Source: Pseudomonas aeruginosa (GTDB lineage Bacteria > Pseudomonadota > Gammaproteobacteria > Pseudomonadales > Pseudomonadaceae). From it: 32,000 bases of DNA. The stretch lies in contig NZ_LN831024.1 in NCBI RefSeq assembly GCF_001457615.1, positions 1,500,001 through 1,532,000 of the forward strand, written 5' to 3'. Within the stretch, counting starts at the first letter, position 1; every line of letters starts with the position of its first letter. The position numbers were made by a program, and so were the translations under genes. Of this stretch, positions 20,332-30,477 are shown piece after piece. The notes under the pieces are model-generated. The model saw only the letters and a program-made list of their open reading frames with translations. It did not search any database and had not been told where the DNA came from.

Positions 20332-20363
20332 GAGGAAAGGCGGGACGACCCGCCGTTTTCCTC
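20332..20363. other. strong stem-loop in the algL-algI gap, terminator/attenuator-like
   Basis: GAGGAAAGGCGGG-ACGA-CCCGCC-(GT)-TTTCCTC: 13-bp stem with a 2-nt bulge and T-rich sequence after the GC core. Confidence 0.6.
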
Positions 20364-20494
20364 CCCGCGGTGTTGCCTAAGGTGTTGCGCCCGCCCGCGT
20401 CTGTCGCGCATGGGTCGGGGTGTGGCGCCTGGTCGGCGAGCGGGGTAGAGGGGCGCGTGGCCCCCGGCCTGTGCGCCCGCTTCCCGCCACGCCC

Positions 20495-21598
20495 TCAACT
20501 TCCCCCTTCGCGGCTGAACACCCGCGTCACTTCGCCGCCGAGGCGGAAACTGTTGAACGGCTCGCGGTCCTTCTTCGCCTCGAGCATCTTCGGCTCGCAG
20601 CGGTAGAGGGCGCAGTAGGGCTCCAGCCAGGCGTACTTGTTGTCGACCTTGAGGTCGGTCATGTCCTGGTCCTCGCCGGTCTTCTCCTCGAAGGTTTCCT
20701 CGTCGTCGACTCCCTTCATCACCCGCTCGGCCAGGCGCTGCAGGGCGCCGTGGTTCTCCTGGCGCAGGTCGACGCCGTTGACCTGGGCGAACGCGGCGAT
20801 CATCGCCAGCGGTGGCAGCGCATAGTTGTGGTAGGCGAGGGCGCGCTGGCGGCGCTTGAGTTCGTTGGGCAGGAAGCCCTGCTCGTCGACCTGGTTGGCG
20901 GCGACCTTGAACTCGCTCACCGCCCAGTCGAAGAGGTCTCGGCGGTTGGTCACCACCGCGGTGGACATCACCGACCAGGCCGCCCAGTAGGAATGGTTGT
21001 TGATCTTCTTCAGCGGCAGGCCGCTCCAGTCGCGGACTACCTGGGTGCCGAGCCGGGCGAACCAGTCCTCGATTTCCCGGCTCTGCTCGGCGTGGGCCGC
21101 GAGCGGCCGCGAGCTGGAGAACTTCAGGCGCATGTAGGCGCCGGAGAGGCTGCCCAGCGCCCATTTGCGCATGGACTTGCCGGTGTGGTTGAAGTCGTCG
21201 CTCTGCAGGGCGCCGGCGCGGGCCCAGGCGCTCATCCAGTTCAGTGCGCAGGCCAGGTCGCCGTCGCGGCCGCTGCGCATGTACTGGGTGACCAGCTTGG
21301 TAGCGCCGCGCTCCATGTCGGTGATGTCCTTGATCTGCGAGCGGAAGGTCTTCTCCGCCTTGACGTTGAGGGTCGCCCGCGCCGAATCGGAGCCTTCGTA
21401 CTTGCTGGTGAAGACCAGGCTGCCGGTATACGGCGGCGGCACCGCGGGGCAGCTGCCGGCGCTGCCCTTGCGCTCGCCGACCGCCGCGTAGTAGCCGGGC
21501 GGGGGTACCAGGTCGGCGGCCTGGCTGACCTGGCTGGCGAGCAATGCCGCGGCGAGGGCACCGGGCAGGGCGATACGGATCAGGTGGGACGTTTTCAT
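20495..21598 (-). CDS. algL: periplasmic poly(beta-D-mannuronate) lyase, 367 aa
   Basis: [40 protein letters not shown] signal peptide and NNHSYWAAW alginate lyase motif. Confidence 0.96.
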
Positions 21599-21601
21599 CG
21601 T

Positions 21602-23026
21602 TTACCTCCCGGCCACCGACTGGCTGGCCTTGGCGGGCGCCGCCTGGCAGATGCTGGCCTGGACCTCCAGGCCCTGGGGCATGTCCTCCGGCGCTTCGAT
21701 TTCCAGGGAAAGGAACTGCTGGTCGGCCCAGTCGCTGTCGTTGCGCAGCTGGAAGACGTAGCGGCCGCCGGTATCGACGGCTTTCGACTGCTCGATCTTC
21801 AACTGCTCGCGGCGGCCGTTCATGTACCAGATGGTGTTCTTCAACTCGTGTACCGAAGGGTCGCTGTAGGTCACGTCGGCGACGTAGCTGCCGCTACGGA
21901 TCGGTAGCGCGGCGCTGTTCAGCAGCACCTCGTTGCGGCCCTGGCGCAGCTTGACCTTGCGGCTGAGTACGGTCTTCCGGCCGGAGCAGCCGTTGTCCAC
22001 CAGCGGCATGGCCTGGCGGTAGAAGCTCTTCTGCGCCATGTCGTAGTGGGTGGCGAATTCCCAGATGAGGATCTTCGGCGGGTTCTTGTGGAATTCCTCG
22101 CTGGTCATGTACGCCAGCAGCGAACTGTCGAAGCCGCCGCCGGACACCGCGTTGTTGAGGATGTCGGCGCCGCTGAACTCCTCCAGGAAGCCGGCGAAGT
22201 TGTAGGCCGGGCCGCTGTTGGAGGTGCCGACCAGGGCGATCTGCGGGTTGCCGCCGTCGCCGAACAGGTCGCCGCTGTCGCTGGCGCCCACCGGCTCGGT
22301 CTCGAAGCGGTCGACGTACTGGGTGGCGTAGCTGTTGCCGCAGAGTTGCGCGGCGGCCTTGTGGAAGGTGCCGAGCTTGGACAGCAGGCCGACGCGCTTG
22401 CTTTCGAACTGCTTCTTGGGGATATCCTCGAAGCCGGGCACCTGCTTCAGCGTCTCGGCCACGATCTTCGCGCTGCGCCGGGCGCCATGGGGAGTCCAGT
22501 GGTGGTCGCCCTTGAAGTAGTAGGCGTGCTCCTCCTTCTCGTCGAACAGCGGCGAGAAGTCCGGGGTCCAGATGCCGGCCTGGCGGAAGCGGGCGATGGT
22601 CGCCAGGTAGTTCTTCTTCGCCAGCTCGTAGTCGAAGCCGGCCTTTTCCGCCGGGCTGAGCTTCTCGCGGTTCACCAGGCCGCGGGTCGGCTGGTAGACC
22701 ACCACCAGCTCGATGCCCTTGCGCTTGAGTTCGTCGCGCAGTGCGCGGAGTTCGCGCCAGCCTTCGGCGCTGGTGCCGAAGTCGGTACGCAGGTCGTAGG
22801 TGGTGCGGAACAGCCAGTCGTCCTGGGCCTGCACCAGGTGGGTGAAGAAGCCCAGGTACTTGGTGTTGTAGCGCGAGTCGTCGGCGGCGGCCGGGCACAG
22901 GTTGCCGGCCGGCAGCGCCTGGTAGCTCGGCGCCGCGCCGGGGTCGGCGGCCAGGGCTGCCTGGGCCAGGCAGAGGCCGGCGGCCAGGGCGCTCAGGCGG
23001 AACAGTCGGGAAGTGCGGGTTTTCAT
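21602..23026 (-). CDS. algX: alginate biosynthesis protein AlgX (SGNH-like acetyltransferase), 474 aa
   Basis: Signal peptide (MKTRTSRLFRLSALAAGLCLAQAALA), GDHHWTPHGARRSAK, LVGTSNSGPAYNFAGFLEEF; position between algG and algL. Confidence 0.95.
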   Translation of the reverse strand: MKTRTSRLFRLSALAAGLCLAQAALAADPGAAPSYQALPAGNLCPAAADDSRYNTKYLGFFTHLVQAQDDWLFRTTYDLRTDFGTSAEGWRELRALRDELKRKGIELVVVYQPTRGLVNREKLSPAEKAGFDYELAKKNYLATIARFRQAGIWTPDFSPLFDEKEEHAYYFKGDHHWTPHGARRSAKIVAETLKQVPGFEDIPKKQFESKRVGLLSKLGTFHKAAAQLCGNSYATQYVDRFETEPVGASDSGDLFGDGGNPQIALVGTSNSGPAYNFAGFLEEFSGADILNNAVSGGGFDSSLLAYMTSEEFHKNPPKILIWEFATHYDMAQKSFYRQAMPLVDNGCSGRKTVLSRKVKLRQGRNEVLLNSAALPIRSGSYVADVTYSDPSVHELKNTIWYMNGRREQLKIEQSKAVDTGGRYVFQLRNDSDWADQQFLSLEIEAPEDMPQGLEVQASICQAAPAKASQSVAGR

Positions 23027-23038
23027 GCGTCTGGGTCC

Positions 23039-24670
23039 TCAGTCCTGGAGTTCGGCCTGGCTTTCCACGGGGTCGATCAGCACCGCCTTGTCCTGGCGCA
23101 CCAGCAGGTCGAGGATCTGGTCCTGCTTCTCGCCGAGAACGCCGGGCAGGCTGATGCCGGAGGATTTGGTCGGGGCGAGCATCGCCACCCGGTACAGTTC
23201 GAGGCTCAGCGGCGAATCCACCGAGAGCGGGCCGGAGCCGTTGCCGGCGAGCTTGCCGCCGACCACGATCAGCGAGACCTTGGTGTCGAATGGGTCGAGG
23301 GCGATGTTGCGGTCGGTGTTGGTGAGGTCCTTGATGTGGCCGTACACGCCGATCAGCTGGTTGCCCGCCGCGAGGTTCTCGTAGAGGCGGATGTTCACGC
23401 TGTTGCGCACGCGGATGCCGTGGCGGCGGTTGGCCAGGACCTGGTTGCCCCAGAGCAGGTTGTCGCCGCTCTCGTAGAGGGTGATGCCGTCGGAATGGTT
23501 GCGATAGACCTCGTTGTAGGCCACCAGGTTGCCCTCGCTGTTACGGTCGAGGACGATCCCGGAAAGCTTGTTCTCGTAGCTGCGGTTGTTGAAGATGAAG
23601 CTGTCGTTGACTTCCCGCGAGACGATGATGCCGTGCTTCTTCCTGGTCCCGTGGACGGTGTTGTCGGCGATGATCAGGCGGTGCGAACGGTCGTGCGGGT
23701 CGATGCCGTAGACGATGTTGTCGCGGTAGGTGTTGCCCTTCACCACCAGGTCGTCGGCCTCGTAGCAATAGAAGCCGTACCAGCTGTCGACGATGGTCGA
23801 GTCGATCACCCAGCCCTTGGGGCGCGGGCGCTTCATCTGCTTGTCCATGCCCGGGCTGTACTGCGAGATGGAGATGCCGTAGGCCTTGGAGGCGTTGTAG
23901 CCGAAGCTGGTGAAGGTGCTGTTGCTCAGGTACACCTCGGCGCCGCCCCAGGAGATCAGGAACGGGCGGAACTCGTTGGGCGTCTTGAACCAGGCCGGCT
24001 CCTTCTTCGATTCGCTCCAGCCGGTGACCTTGCTGTCGCGGACGAACAGCATGCCGTCGTTGACCAGGAACGCGCCGCGCTCCTGGGACAGGCGCAGTTC
24101 CTTGACCTGCTTGTCGATGTCGAGGGTCGCGCCCTGGCTGACCACGATCGGCAGGCGGGCGACGAACACCCCCGGCTCGACCTGTTCCAGCGCGCTGGCG
24201 GGAAGCTTGCCGGCGAGCTGGGCGAGGTTCACGTAGCCGCCTTCGATGAAGATCGCCTGGGGCATCTGGCGCTGGCGCTTGACCCATTCGGCGAGGCGGT
24301 TGCTGCCACCGGTGAACTCCTTCAGCGGCTGCTGCTGGACCATGCGCTGCACGCTGGCGCGGCCACCCGGCTTGCGCACGATCTTGGCTTCCACCGCGGC
24401 GGCGGTGTAGCCGGAGAGGTCGGGCAGTTTCGGCGGGTCCAGGTGCAACGGTTCGGCCGGCGCGGTGGTCACCGTGTAGTTGCCGGTTTCCTTCAGGCCC
24501 TGGGTCAGGCCCGGCTCGTTGCCGGCCTGCGCCGGGACCGGCTGCGGTTTCTCCACCGGCTGCGCCGCCCACGCCTGGCCGTGCAGCAGCACCGCGCCGA
24601 GCACTGCCGCGGCCAGCGGGCGCAGGCACGGGAGCCGGCGGCGGGGGATCGAAAGGGAAATGTCGGGCAT
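23039..24670 (-). CDS. algG: mannuronan C5-epimerase, right-handed beta-helix, 543 aa
   Basis: MPDISLSIPRRRLPCLRPLAAAVLGAVLL...; catalytic DPHD motif encoded at 23690-23701 (YGIDPHDRSHRLIIADNTVHG). The longer ORF to 25924 is over-extended into algE. Confidence 0.95.
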   Translation of the reverse strand: MPDISLSIPRRRLPCLRPLAAAVLGAVLLHGQAWAAQPVEKPQPVPAQAGNEPGLTQGLKETGNYTVTTAPAEPLHLDPPKLPDLSGYTAAAVEAKIVRKPGGRASVQRMVQQQPLKEFTGGSNRLAEWVKRQRQMPQAIFIEGGYVNLAQLAGKLPASALEQVEPGVFVARLPIVVSQGATLDIDKQVKELRLSQERGAFLVNDGMLFVRDSKVTGWSESKKEPAWFKTPNEFRPFLISWGGAEVYLSNSTFTSFGYNASKAYGISISQYSPGMDKQMKRPRPKGWVIDSTIVDSWYGFYCYEADDLVVKGNTYRDNIVYGIDPHDRSHRLIIADNTVHGTRKKHGIIVSREVNDSFIFNNRSYENKLSGIVLDRNSEGNLVAYNEVYRNHSDGITLYESGDNLLWGNQVLANRRHGIRVRNSVNIRLYENLAAGNQLIGVYGHIKDLTNTDRNIALDPFDTKVSLIVVGGKLAGNGSGPLSVDSPLSLELYRVAMLAPTKSSGISLPGVLGEKQDQILDLLVRQDKAVLIDPVESQAELQD

Positions 24671-24690
24671 GTCCGGTTTCCTCGCGGGGC

Positions 24691-26163
24691 TCAGAAGCGC
24701 CAGATGAAGTCGACGAAGGCGCGGTGCATGGTCGAGTCGGTGCCCGGCCCGTAGGCGTCGCCCGGCTTGAACAGGCCGCCGCGGAAGCGGATCAGCGCCG
24801 AGGGCTCGTCGACGTACTGGCTCATCGAGGCCGGCAGCAGGCCTTGCTTGAAGTACTTGGTCACCACCAGGTCGAGTTCCTGGCCGATGTCCTTCTCGCC
24901 CGGTTGCAGGGCGGCGTTGATGCCGCTGGTACCGATGTCGGAGTCGTCGTCGACGCGCCAGAACTTGTGGTAGACCAGGCTCGCGTCGTAGTCCTCGCGC
25001 AGTTGCCAGGAGCCGAACAGGGTGGCTGCCTGGAGGTTGCTCAGTTCGCCGCGGAAGGCTTCGCCGAAGCGGTGCACGCGCGAGCGGGTGCCGGTGAAGT
25101 TGGAGCGATTGCTCTCCAGCCCGGTCTGCTGGAACTGCTCCTCGCCGTCCTTGCCACCGCCGCTGCCGCGGGCGTAGCCGACGCCGGCCTTCCATTGCTC
25201 GTCGATGTTCCAGCGCAGGCCGAGGTCGACGCCGAAGGCATTGACGTCGCCGCTCTGCTTGCCGGTGGCGATGCGCCGGTCGTCGACCGTGGTGGTGGTC
25301 AGGTTGTCGCGGTCGCCGGTCAGCCAGGTGGCGCTGGCCCAGTAGTTCAGCGGCATGCTCGAACGATAGTTGTAGGCATCGCCGGTAGCCTCGATGCCGA
25401 GCCAGGTGAGCTGGCCGGTATAGGTCTTGTCGAGGTTGTCGACTTCCTCGCCGGGGCGGCGCAGGTGGCCGCTGTCGTCGGCGTGGTGGATGCGCACGCC
25501 TATGCGGTGGTGCGGCGCCCACTGGGTGGAAATGTCGCCGAACACATGGGTGCGGTCCTTGTCCTCCGGAGCCAGTTCGTCGAGGTCGGTGCGGTATTCG
25601 CTGAAACGCTGTGCGACTCCGGCGTGGGCGTTGAGCAGGGTGGTCTCGAAGCTCCAGTTCAGCGCCTCGATGTTGGTGTCCTGCCACTGGCCGCTGTCTT
25701 CCCGCAGGCGCTGGCGGCCGAAGCGCAGGTGCTCGCCGGGGTAGGCGGTGAGGCCGGCGTAGTCGACCCAGAATTCGCGTGCGGCGAGGTAGCTCTTGTC
25801 CGGCTCGCGACCGTCGTTGCGGCTGTTGTTGCCGTCGTCGGTGTCCGATTGCAGGGTGTCGGTCTCGATGGTGTCGGTGGCGGCCACCGCCTGGCCCATG
25901 AAGTAGGCGCTCCAGTCGCCCCACTGGCCGAAGGCCCAGGGCCGCAGGTCGATACCGATGTCGTTGAGGGTGCCGCCGGGAGCGGTGCCGAGGTCGCGAT
26001 CGTTTTCCGATTCGCCGGTGATCTTCACGTCCAGGCCGAAGTTCTTCGGTGCCTCGCCGCTGCCGGCGGCGAACGCCGGCGCGCCGAGCAGCAGGGCGAT
26101 GGCCAGGGACAGGGCGCGCGGCGCGAAGGACGGCCGCGGGTTGACGGAACGGGAGCTGTTCAT
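24691..26163 (-). CDS. algE: outer membrane alginate export porin, 490 aa
   Basis: [32 protein letters not shown] signal peptide, aromatic-rich alternating beta-barrel pattern, C-terminal ...AFVDFIWRF. Confidence 0.95.
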   Translation of the reverse strand: MNSSRSVNPRPSFAPRALSLAIALLLGAPAFAAGSGEAPKNFGLDVKITGESENDRDLGTAPGGTLNDIGIDLRPWAFGQWGDWSAYFMGQAVAATDTIETDTLQSDTDDGNNSRNDGREPDKSYLAAREFWVDYAGLTAYPGEHLRFGRQRLREDSGQWQDTNIEALNWSFETTLLNAHAGVAQRFSEYRTDLDELAPEDKDRTHVFGDISTQWAPHHRIGVRIHHADDSGHLRRPGEEVDNLDKTYTGQLTWLGIEATGDAYNYRSSMPLNYWASATWLTGDRDNLTTTTVDDRRIATGKQSGDVNAFGVDLGLRWNIDEQWKAGVGYARGSGGGKDGEEQFQQTGLESNRSNFTGTRSRVHRFGEAFRGELSNLQAATLFGSWQLREDYDASLVYHKFWRVDDDSDIGTSGINAALQPGEKDIGQELDLVVTKYFKQGLLPASMSQYVDEPSALIRFRGGLFKPGDAYGPGTDSTMHRAFVDFIWRF

Positions 26164-27587
26164 AGGCTTTCTGGCTCTTCTTCGTTGATCGGCGAGTCCT
26201 GGCTCTGCAGCAGGCTGACGGTGGCCTGCCAGTTGTTGCCGCGGCTCTGTTGTTCGCGCTTGAGCAATTGCTGCGCCTGGCTGCGTTCGGCCGGCGGCAG
26301 TTGCGCTTCGATCTGCCCGAGCAGGTCGCTGGCCTGCGGTACCTGCTGCTGCACGGCGAGCTGGCCGAAGACGTAGGCGTTGACCCGGTTCGGCTGGATG
26401 CCGCGGCCCTGCGACCAGAGCTGGGCCAGGGCCATGTCGGCGCTGGCCTGGCCGGCGCGGGCGGCGAGGATCAGGTGGTCGACGGCCTTCTGCGGATAGA
26501 CCTTGCCGAGGAAGCCGCGGCGGTAGATCTGCCCCAGGTAGTAGTTGGCCTGGGGTTCGCTGGCGGCGGCCTTGAGCAGGTGCCGCTCGGCCTTGCGCGG
26601 GTCCTGCGGCGCCCACTTGCCGTCGTAGTAGAGGCGCCCGAGGAGCAGTTCGGCGCGTGGCTGGGCGGCGTCCTGGGCGTTCTTCAGGTAGCCGAGCATC
26701 TTTTCCAGGTCGCCCTGGTCGGGATAGTCGTAGAGCAGCTTGGCCAGGCTGACCCAGGCCGCGGGGTAGCTCGGCGCGATCTCTTCCAGCAGCGCCTGGG
26801 CGGTCTGCGGGTCGGGCTGGCCGAGTTCGCCGTCGGCGAGCACCCCGGCCACCGAGTCGACCCGCTCGCCGGGCACCCGGCCGGCCTTGTAGGCGGCGCG
26901 CAGCTGTTCGAGCAGGACCTTCTGCTTTTCCGCGTTGCCCTGCATCTGGTAGACCGTGGCCAGTTCGTACCAGCACACGTCCATGCGCCGCAGCCAGCGC
27001 TGGCAGACCTGCTCGATCTCGCCCAGGTGCTGGGCGTAGGTGCCCTGGGTGCGGTAGAGGATGATCTGCGCCAGGTCGGCCTGCGGCAGTCCGCGCGCGC
27101 GCCACTGGTCGATGCGCTGCTGCGGGTCGATTTCCGGCCAGGACTGCGGGTACTGCAGGTAGAGCACGATGAGCGGCACCAGGGCACTGTCCTCGCCCTG
27201 TTCGAAGGCCTGGCTGAGCAGGCGCTCGGCCTCGCGGTGCTCGGCGTCGCTGGCGCCGGGCTTGGCCGCCAGCCACTTGCCAAGGCGCGCGCGGGCCCGC
27301 GGCGAGGTCTGCGCGGCCTCGCGGTAGAGCTTTTCGGCCTTGGCCTGCTGGGCGCTGTCGCCGCTGGCGACCTGCATGTCGGCGAGGCCGACCTGGGCGT
27401 CGGCGTAACCCATCGCGGCCAGGGCCTGGTAGTTGCTCTGGGCGGTGGCGAGGTCGCCGCGCTCCAGGGCCTCCTGGGCCAGGCGCTGGTCGGGCAGTCC
27501 GGCGCAGCCGGCGGCCAGGGCGATGGCCGAGGCCAGCAGCAGGTGCCGGGACGCCAGGGGCAGGGGAGGGAGGATGGGCATCTTCAT
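26160..27587 (-). CDS. algK: outer membrane lipoprotein AlgK with TPR/Sel1-like repeats, 475 aa
   Basis: Lipobox LAAGC; repeated [41 protein letters not shown] motifs; 4-nt overlap with algE. Confidence 0.94.
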   Translation of the reverse strand: MKMPILPPLPLASRHLLLASAIALAAGCAGLPDQRLAQEALERGDLATAQSNYQALAAMGYADAQVGLADMQVASGDSAQQAKAEKLYREAAQTSPRARARLGKWLAAKPGASDAEHREAERLLSQAFEQGEDSALVPLIVLYLQYPQSWPEIDPQQRIDQWRARGLPQADLAQIILYRTQGTYAQHLGEIEQVCQRWLRRMDVCWYELATVYQMQGNAEKQKVLLEQLRAAYKAGRVPGERVDSVAGVLADGELGQPDPQTAQALLEEIAPSYPAAWVSLAKLLYDYPDQGDLEKMLGYLKNAQDAAQPRAELLLGRLYYDGKWAPQDPRKAERHLLKAAASEPQANYYLGQIYRRGFLGKVYPQKAVDHLILAARAGQASADMALAQLWSQGRGIQPNRVNAYVFGQLAVQQQVPQASDLLGQIEAQLPPAERSQAQQLLKREQQSRGNNWQATVSLLQSQDSPINEEEPESL

Positions 27588-27600
27588 GGTCGGGTACCGG

Positions 27601-28770
27601 TCAGCGAGCGGTGGCCAGGGTCACGGCCTTGTTCAGCAGGGTGCGGCCGGGCAGGCCGCCGATGCTGACCTCGGCCGGGCGGCCGGCGTACTGGGCGTCG
27701 AGCGGCTGGTCGGGCTGGATCTGCACGCGGATTTCCGAGGACAGGTCGCCGTCCACCGGCGCGGTGTTGACGATGCGGCCGCTGCGGTTGACGCCGTCGC
27801 CGGCGACCTGGAAGTTCACCCGGGTGCCCGGCGCCAGCTCGGCGGCGTTGCGGTAGGGGAAGCGTGCCTCGATGCTGGCCACGCTGTCGCGCGGCGCGAG
27901 GGTGAAGATCACCTGGCCCTTGTTGGCGTATTGCCCGTCGGCTACCAGTTGCTGGACCACGCGGCAGTCGCAGGGGCTGGTCAGGGTCCCTTTCATCTGG
28001 TGGCCGAAGAGCTTCTCGATGTTGCCCGGGTTGAGCTGCTCCTCGGTCAGGTTGCCCTTGAGCATGTCCAGCAGGTTGGCCGAGAAGGTAGCGATCGGCG
28101 CGCCTTTGGCGACTTCCGCGTTGGGCCCGAGAAGGCTCTGCACGGTGCCCTCGCGGGGCATGGTGATCTGCTGGTTGGGGACGCTGACCACGCCGGAATC
28201 GGCATGGGTGACGAAGTACAGGTTGTACATCTGGTTGAGGATGAAGGCGAAGGCGCCGACTCCGACGACGAAGATCGCGGTGCTCAGGGTCACCGCCCGG
28301 ACCCGGCCGAAGAAGCCCATCCCGCCGTTGCCGCCGCCCTGCTTGCGGGCCTTGGTGAAGTTCTCGCGCTGGAGGGTATTGAGCATGTCGCCGACGCCGA
28401 TCACCTCGCCGGCCAGGTAGGAGGTGATCAGGTAGCGCAGGGCCGCCACCTCGCGCGGCTTGAGGTTCTGGAACTCGCAGCCGACGCGGCGGCTGGCGGG
28501 GTCCACCGAGCGCACCTGGAACTCCACTTCGAGGGAAAAGCTGATGCTGTCGACCTGGAACAGCAGCTTGCCCTTGTACAGGTCGCCGGGCTGGATCGGC
28601 GCGCCGCTCGCGGTGAAGGCGAAGCCGCCGGCGGAGAGATCCAGCAGGCGTGCGTCGACGCCTTCGCGGTTGGCGCCGATGTAGCGGATGCGCGCCGGCA
28701 GCTTGACCCGGGCGAACTGGCGCTGGGCTTCGGATTCGTGCACGACGTTGACGTTGACGGCTGTATTCAT
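27601..28770 (-). CDS. alg44: c-di-GMP-binding alginate polymerase co-factor (PilZ domain), 389 aa
   Basis: PilZ motifs RQFAR (RxxxR) and DLSAGG (D/NxSxxG), one TM helix, then an HlyD-like periplasmic domain. Confidence 0.95.
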   Translation of the reverse strand: MNTAVNVNVVHESEAQRQFARVKLPARIRYIGANREGVDARLLDLSAGGFAFTASGAPIQPGDLYKGKLLFQVDSISFSLEVEFQVRSVDPASRRVGCEFQNLKPREVAALRYLITSYLAGEVIGVGDMLNTLQRENFTKARKQGGGNGGMGFFGRVRAVTLSTAIFVVGVGAFAFILNQMYNLYFVTHADSGVVSVPNQQITMPREGTVQSLLGPNAEVAKGAPIATFSANLLDMLKGNLTEEQLNPGNIEKLFGHQMKGTLTSPCDCRVVQQLVADGQYANKGQVIFTLAPRDSVASIEARFPYRNAAELAPGTRVNFQVAGDGVNRSGRIVNTAPVDGDLSSEIRVQIQPDQPLDAQYAGRPAEVSIGGLPGRTLLNKAVTLATAR

Positions 28771-28852
28771 GGTGTCGGGTCCTGTTCGGTCCAATCTGGG
28801 TCGATTTGCGCGCGGGCCGCGGCCCTGGCGTTGTCCGTAGTCGATTCGGTGG

Positions 28853-30337
28853 TCATACGATGGTCAGCAGCACGGCGACGAAGATGCTGGCGGCAGAGAA
28901 GGTCATGGCCCGCGACGACCAGGCGTTGAACCAGCGCTGGAAGCTGGCCAGGCCGCGCTCCAGCTTGGTCGGCTGGCGGGTCCAGGACTGCCGGTCGAGG
29001 CGGAAGAACACGTAGATCTTCACCAGCGCGCCGACGATCTGGTTGTAATAGAGGATCAGCGGATAGGCCGGGCCGATGCGGTGCCCGGAGAGCGAGAGGA
29101 GCAGGGTCAGCACCAGGCGGGTGAGGCCGATCCAGAGCAGGTACACCAGCAGGAAGGCGATGCTGTACTTGAGGCTGGCGAGGATCGCCACCACCAGGCC
29201 GAGCAGGCTGGTCCACATCGAGACGCGCTGGTCGAACAGCACCAGCATGGTGAACCAGCCCAGGCGCCGCGCGCCGAGCTTGAGCGCGCGCGAGTTCTGC
29301 CGCAGGTTGTTGCCGTACCAGCGGTACATCAGCTTGCGACTGGCCTTGATGAAGCTCTTCTCCGGCGGGTGCTCGACCGTGTTGATCGCCGCGTCGGGCA
29401 CGTAGAAGGTGTCGTAGCCCAGGCGCATCAGGCTGAACCAGCTGGACTTGTCGTCGCCGGTGAGGAACTTGAAGCGACCCAGGCGCCAGTGCTCCAGGTG
29501 GTCGTTCTCGACGTCGGTGATGAACTCGGGGTTGGTCACCACCCGGGCGCGGAACACCGACATCCGTCCGGTCATGGTCAGCACGCGCTTGGACAGGGCC
29601 ATCGAGCACATGTTGATGTGGCGCTGGGCGAAGCGCAGCTTGTGCCACTCGCTCATCACGTAGCCGCCCTGCACTTCGCAGAATTCATTGGTGGTGAGAC
29701 CGCCGACGTTGGGGAAGAGCTTGAACCAGGGCACGGTCTTCTTCACCACGCCGTGGTCGAGCACGGTGTCGCCGTCGATCACCGCGACCACCGCGTCGTC
29801 GTCCGGCAGGTGCCGGGAAATCGCGCGGAAGCCATAGGCCAGGCCGTCGCGCTTGCCGGTGCCGGGAATCCGCACGAAGTCGAGGCTGACCCGGTCCGGC
29901 GGGTTCATCTTCTCCCACAGAGAACGGACCAGGACCTCGTCGGACATCTCGACGATGGAGCAGACCACGGTGGTCGGGTAGCCGCTGTCGATGGCTTCGC
30001 GGATCACCGAGCGATAGACCATGGCAGTGGTCAGGGCGTCGATGCGGAAACTGGTGACCATCAGGAACACGTGCGACGGGTCGGCCGCGCTGCCCAACTG
30101 GCGCACGCGCCGGCGGTAGTACGGGTAGACCACGTGGAGGAACAGCATGCCGCGCAGGAAGTGCACGCCGCCCATGGAGTAGCGCCAGATGCCGACGGCG
30201 CCGATAAGCAGGATGAAATCCTTGGAGTCGGCGTCGAACACGGTCTTCGGCACTGCCAGCGCGAGCACCATCAGCAGGCTGAGGAACACCAGCCAGCCGG
30301 TGGCTTCGGCGAGGCCACGTTTGTAAGTTTCCATCAT
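28853..30337 (-). CDS. alg8: alginate polymerase glycosyltransferase (GT2) Alg8, 494 aa
   Basis: [39 protein letters not shown], multiple TM segments. Start chosen at 30337; ATGs at 30346 and 30334 are in-frame alternatives. Confidence 0.94.
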
Positions 30338-30477
30338 CAGTTCCATCGGGCTGGGGACCTTGGCCTCGACGCCGGCGTGCGCTTGTTGTTGTTATGGCGC
30401 ACGCCGCGGAGACGGCCTTCGGTCCGAGGGCGATAAAGAGGTTCTTTACCGGCTCACGGGGCCAGGGGGGCGGCCCG

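Noticed and set aside
22046-24754. 902-aa + strand ORF opposite algX/algG
   Set aside because: Same GC-driven shadow ORF pattern; covers the known DPHD catalytic region of algG on the opposite strand.
24691-27276. 861-aa reading of the algE frame extending through algK
   Set aside because: Recognisable AlgE with signal peptide begins at 26163; the rest is out-of-frame algK.
28814-28825. GGGCCGCGGCCC palindrome in the alg8-alg44 gap
   Set aside because: Only 12 nt of pure G/C in a high-GC genome; no adjacent feature supports function.
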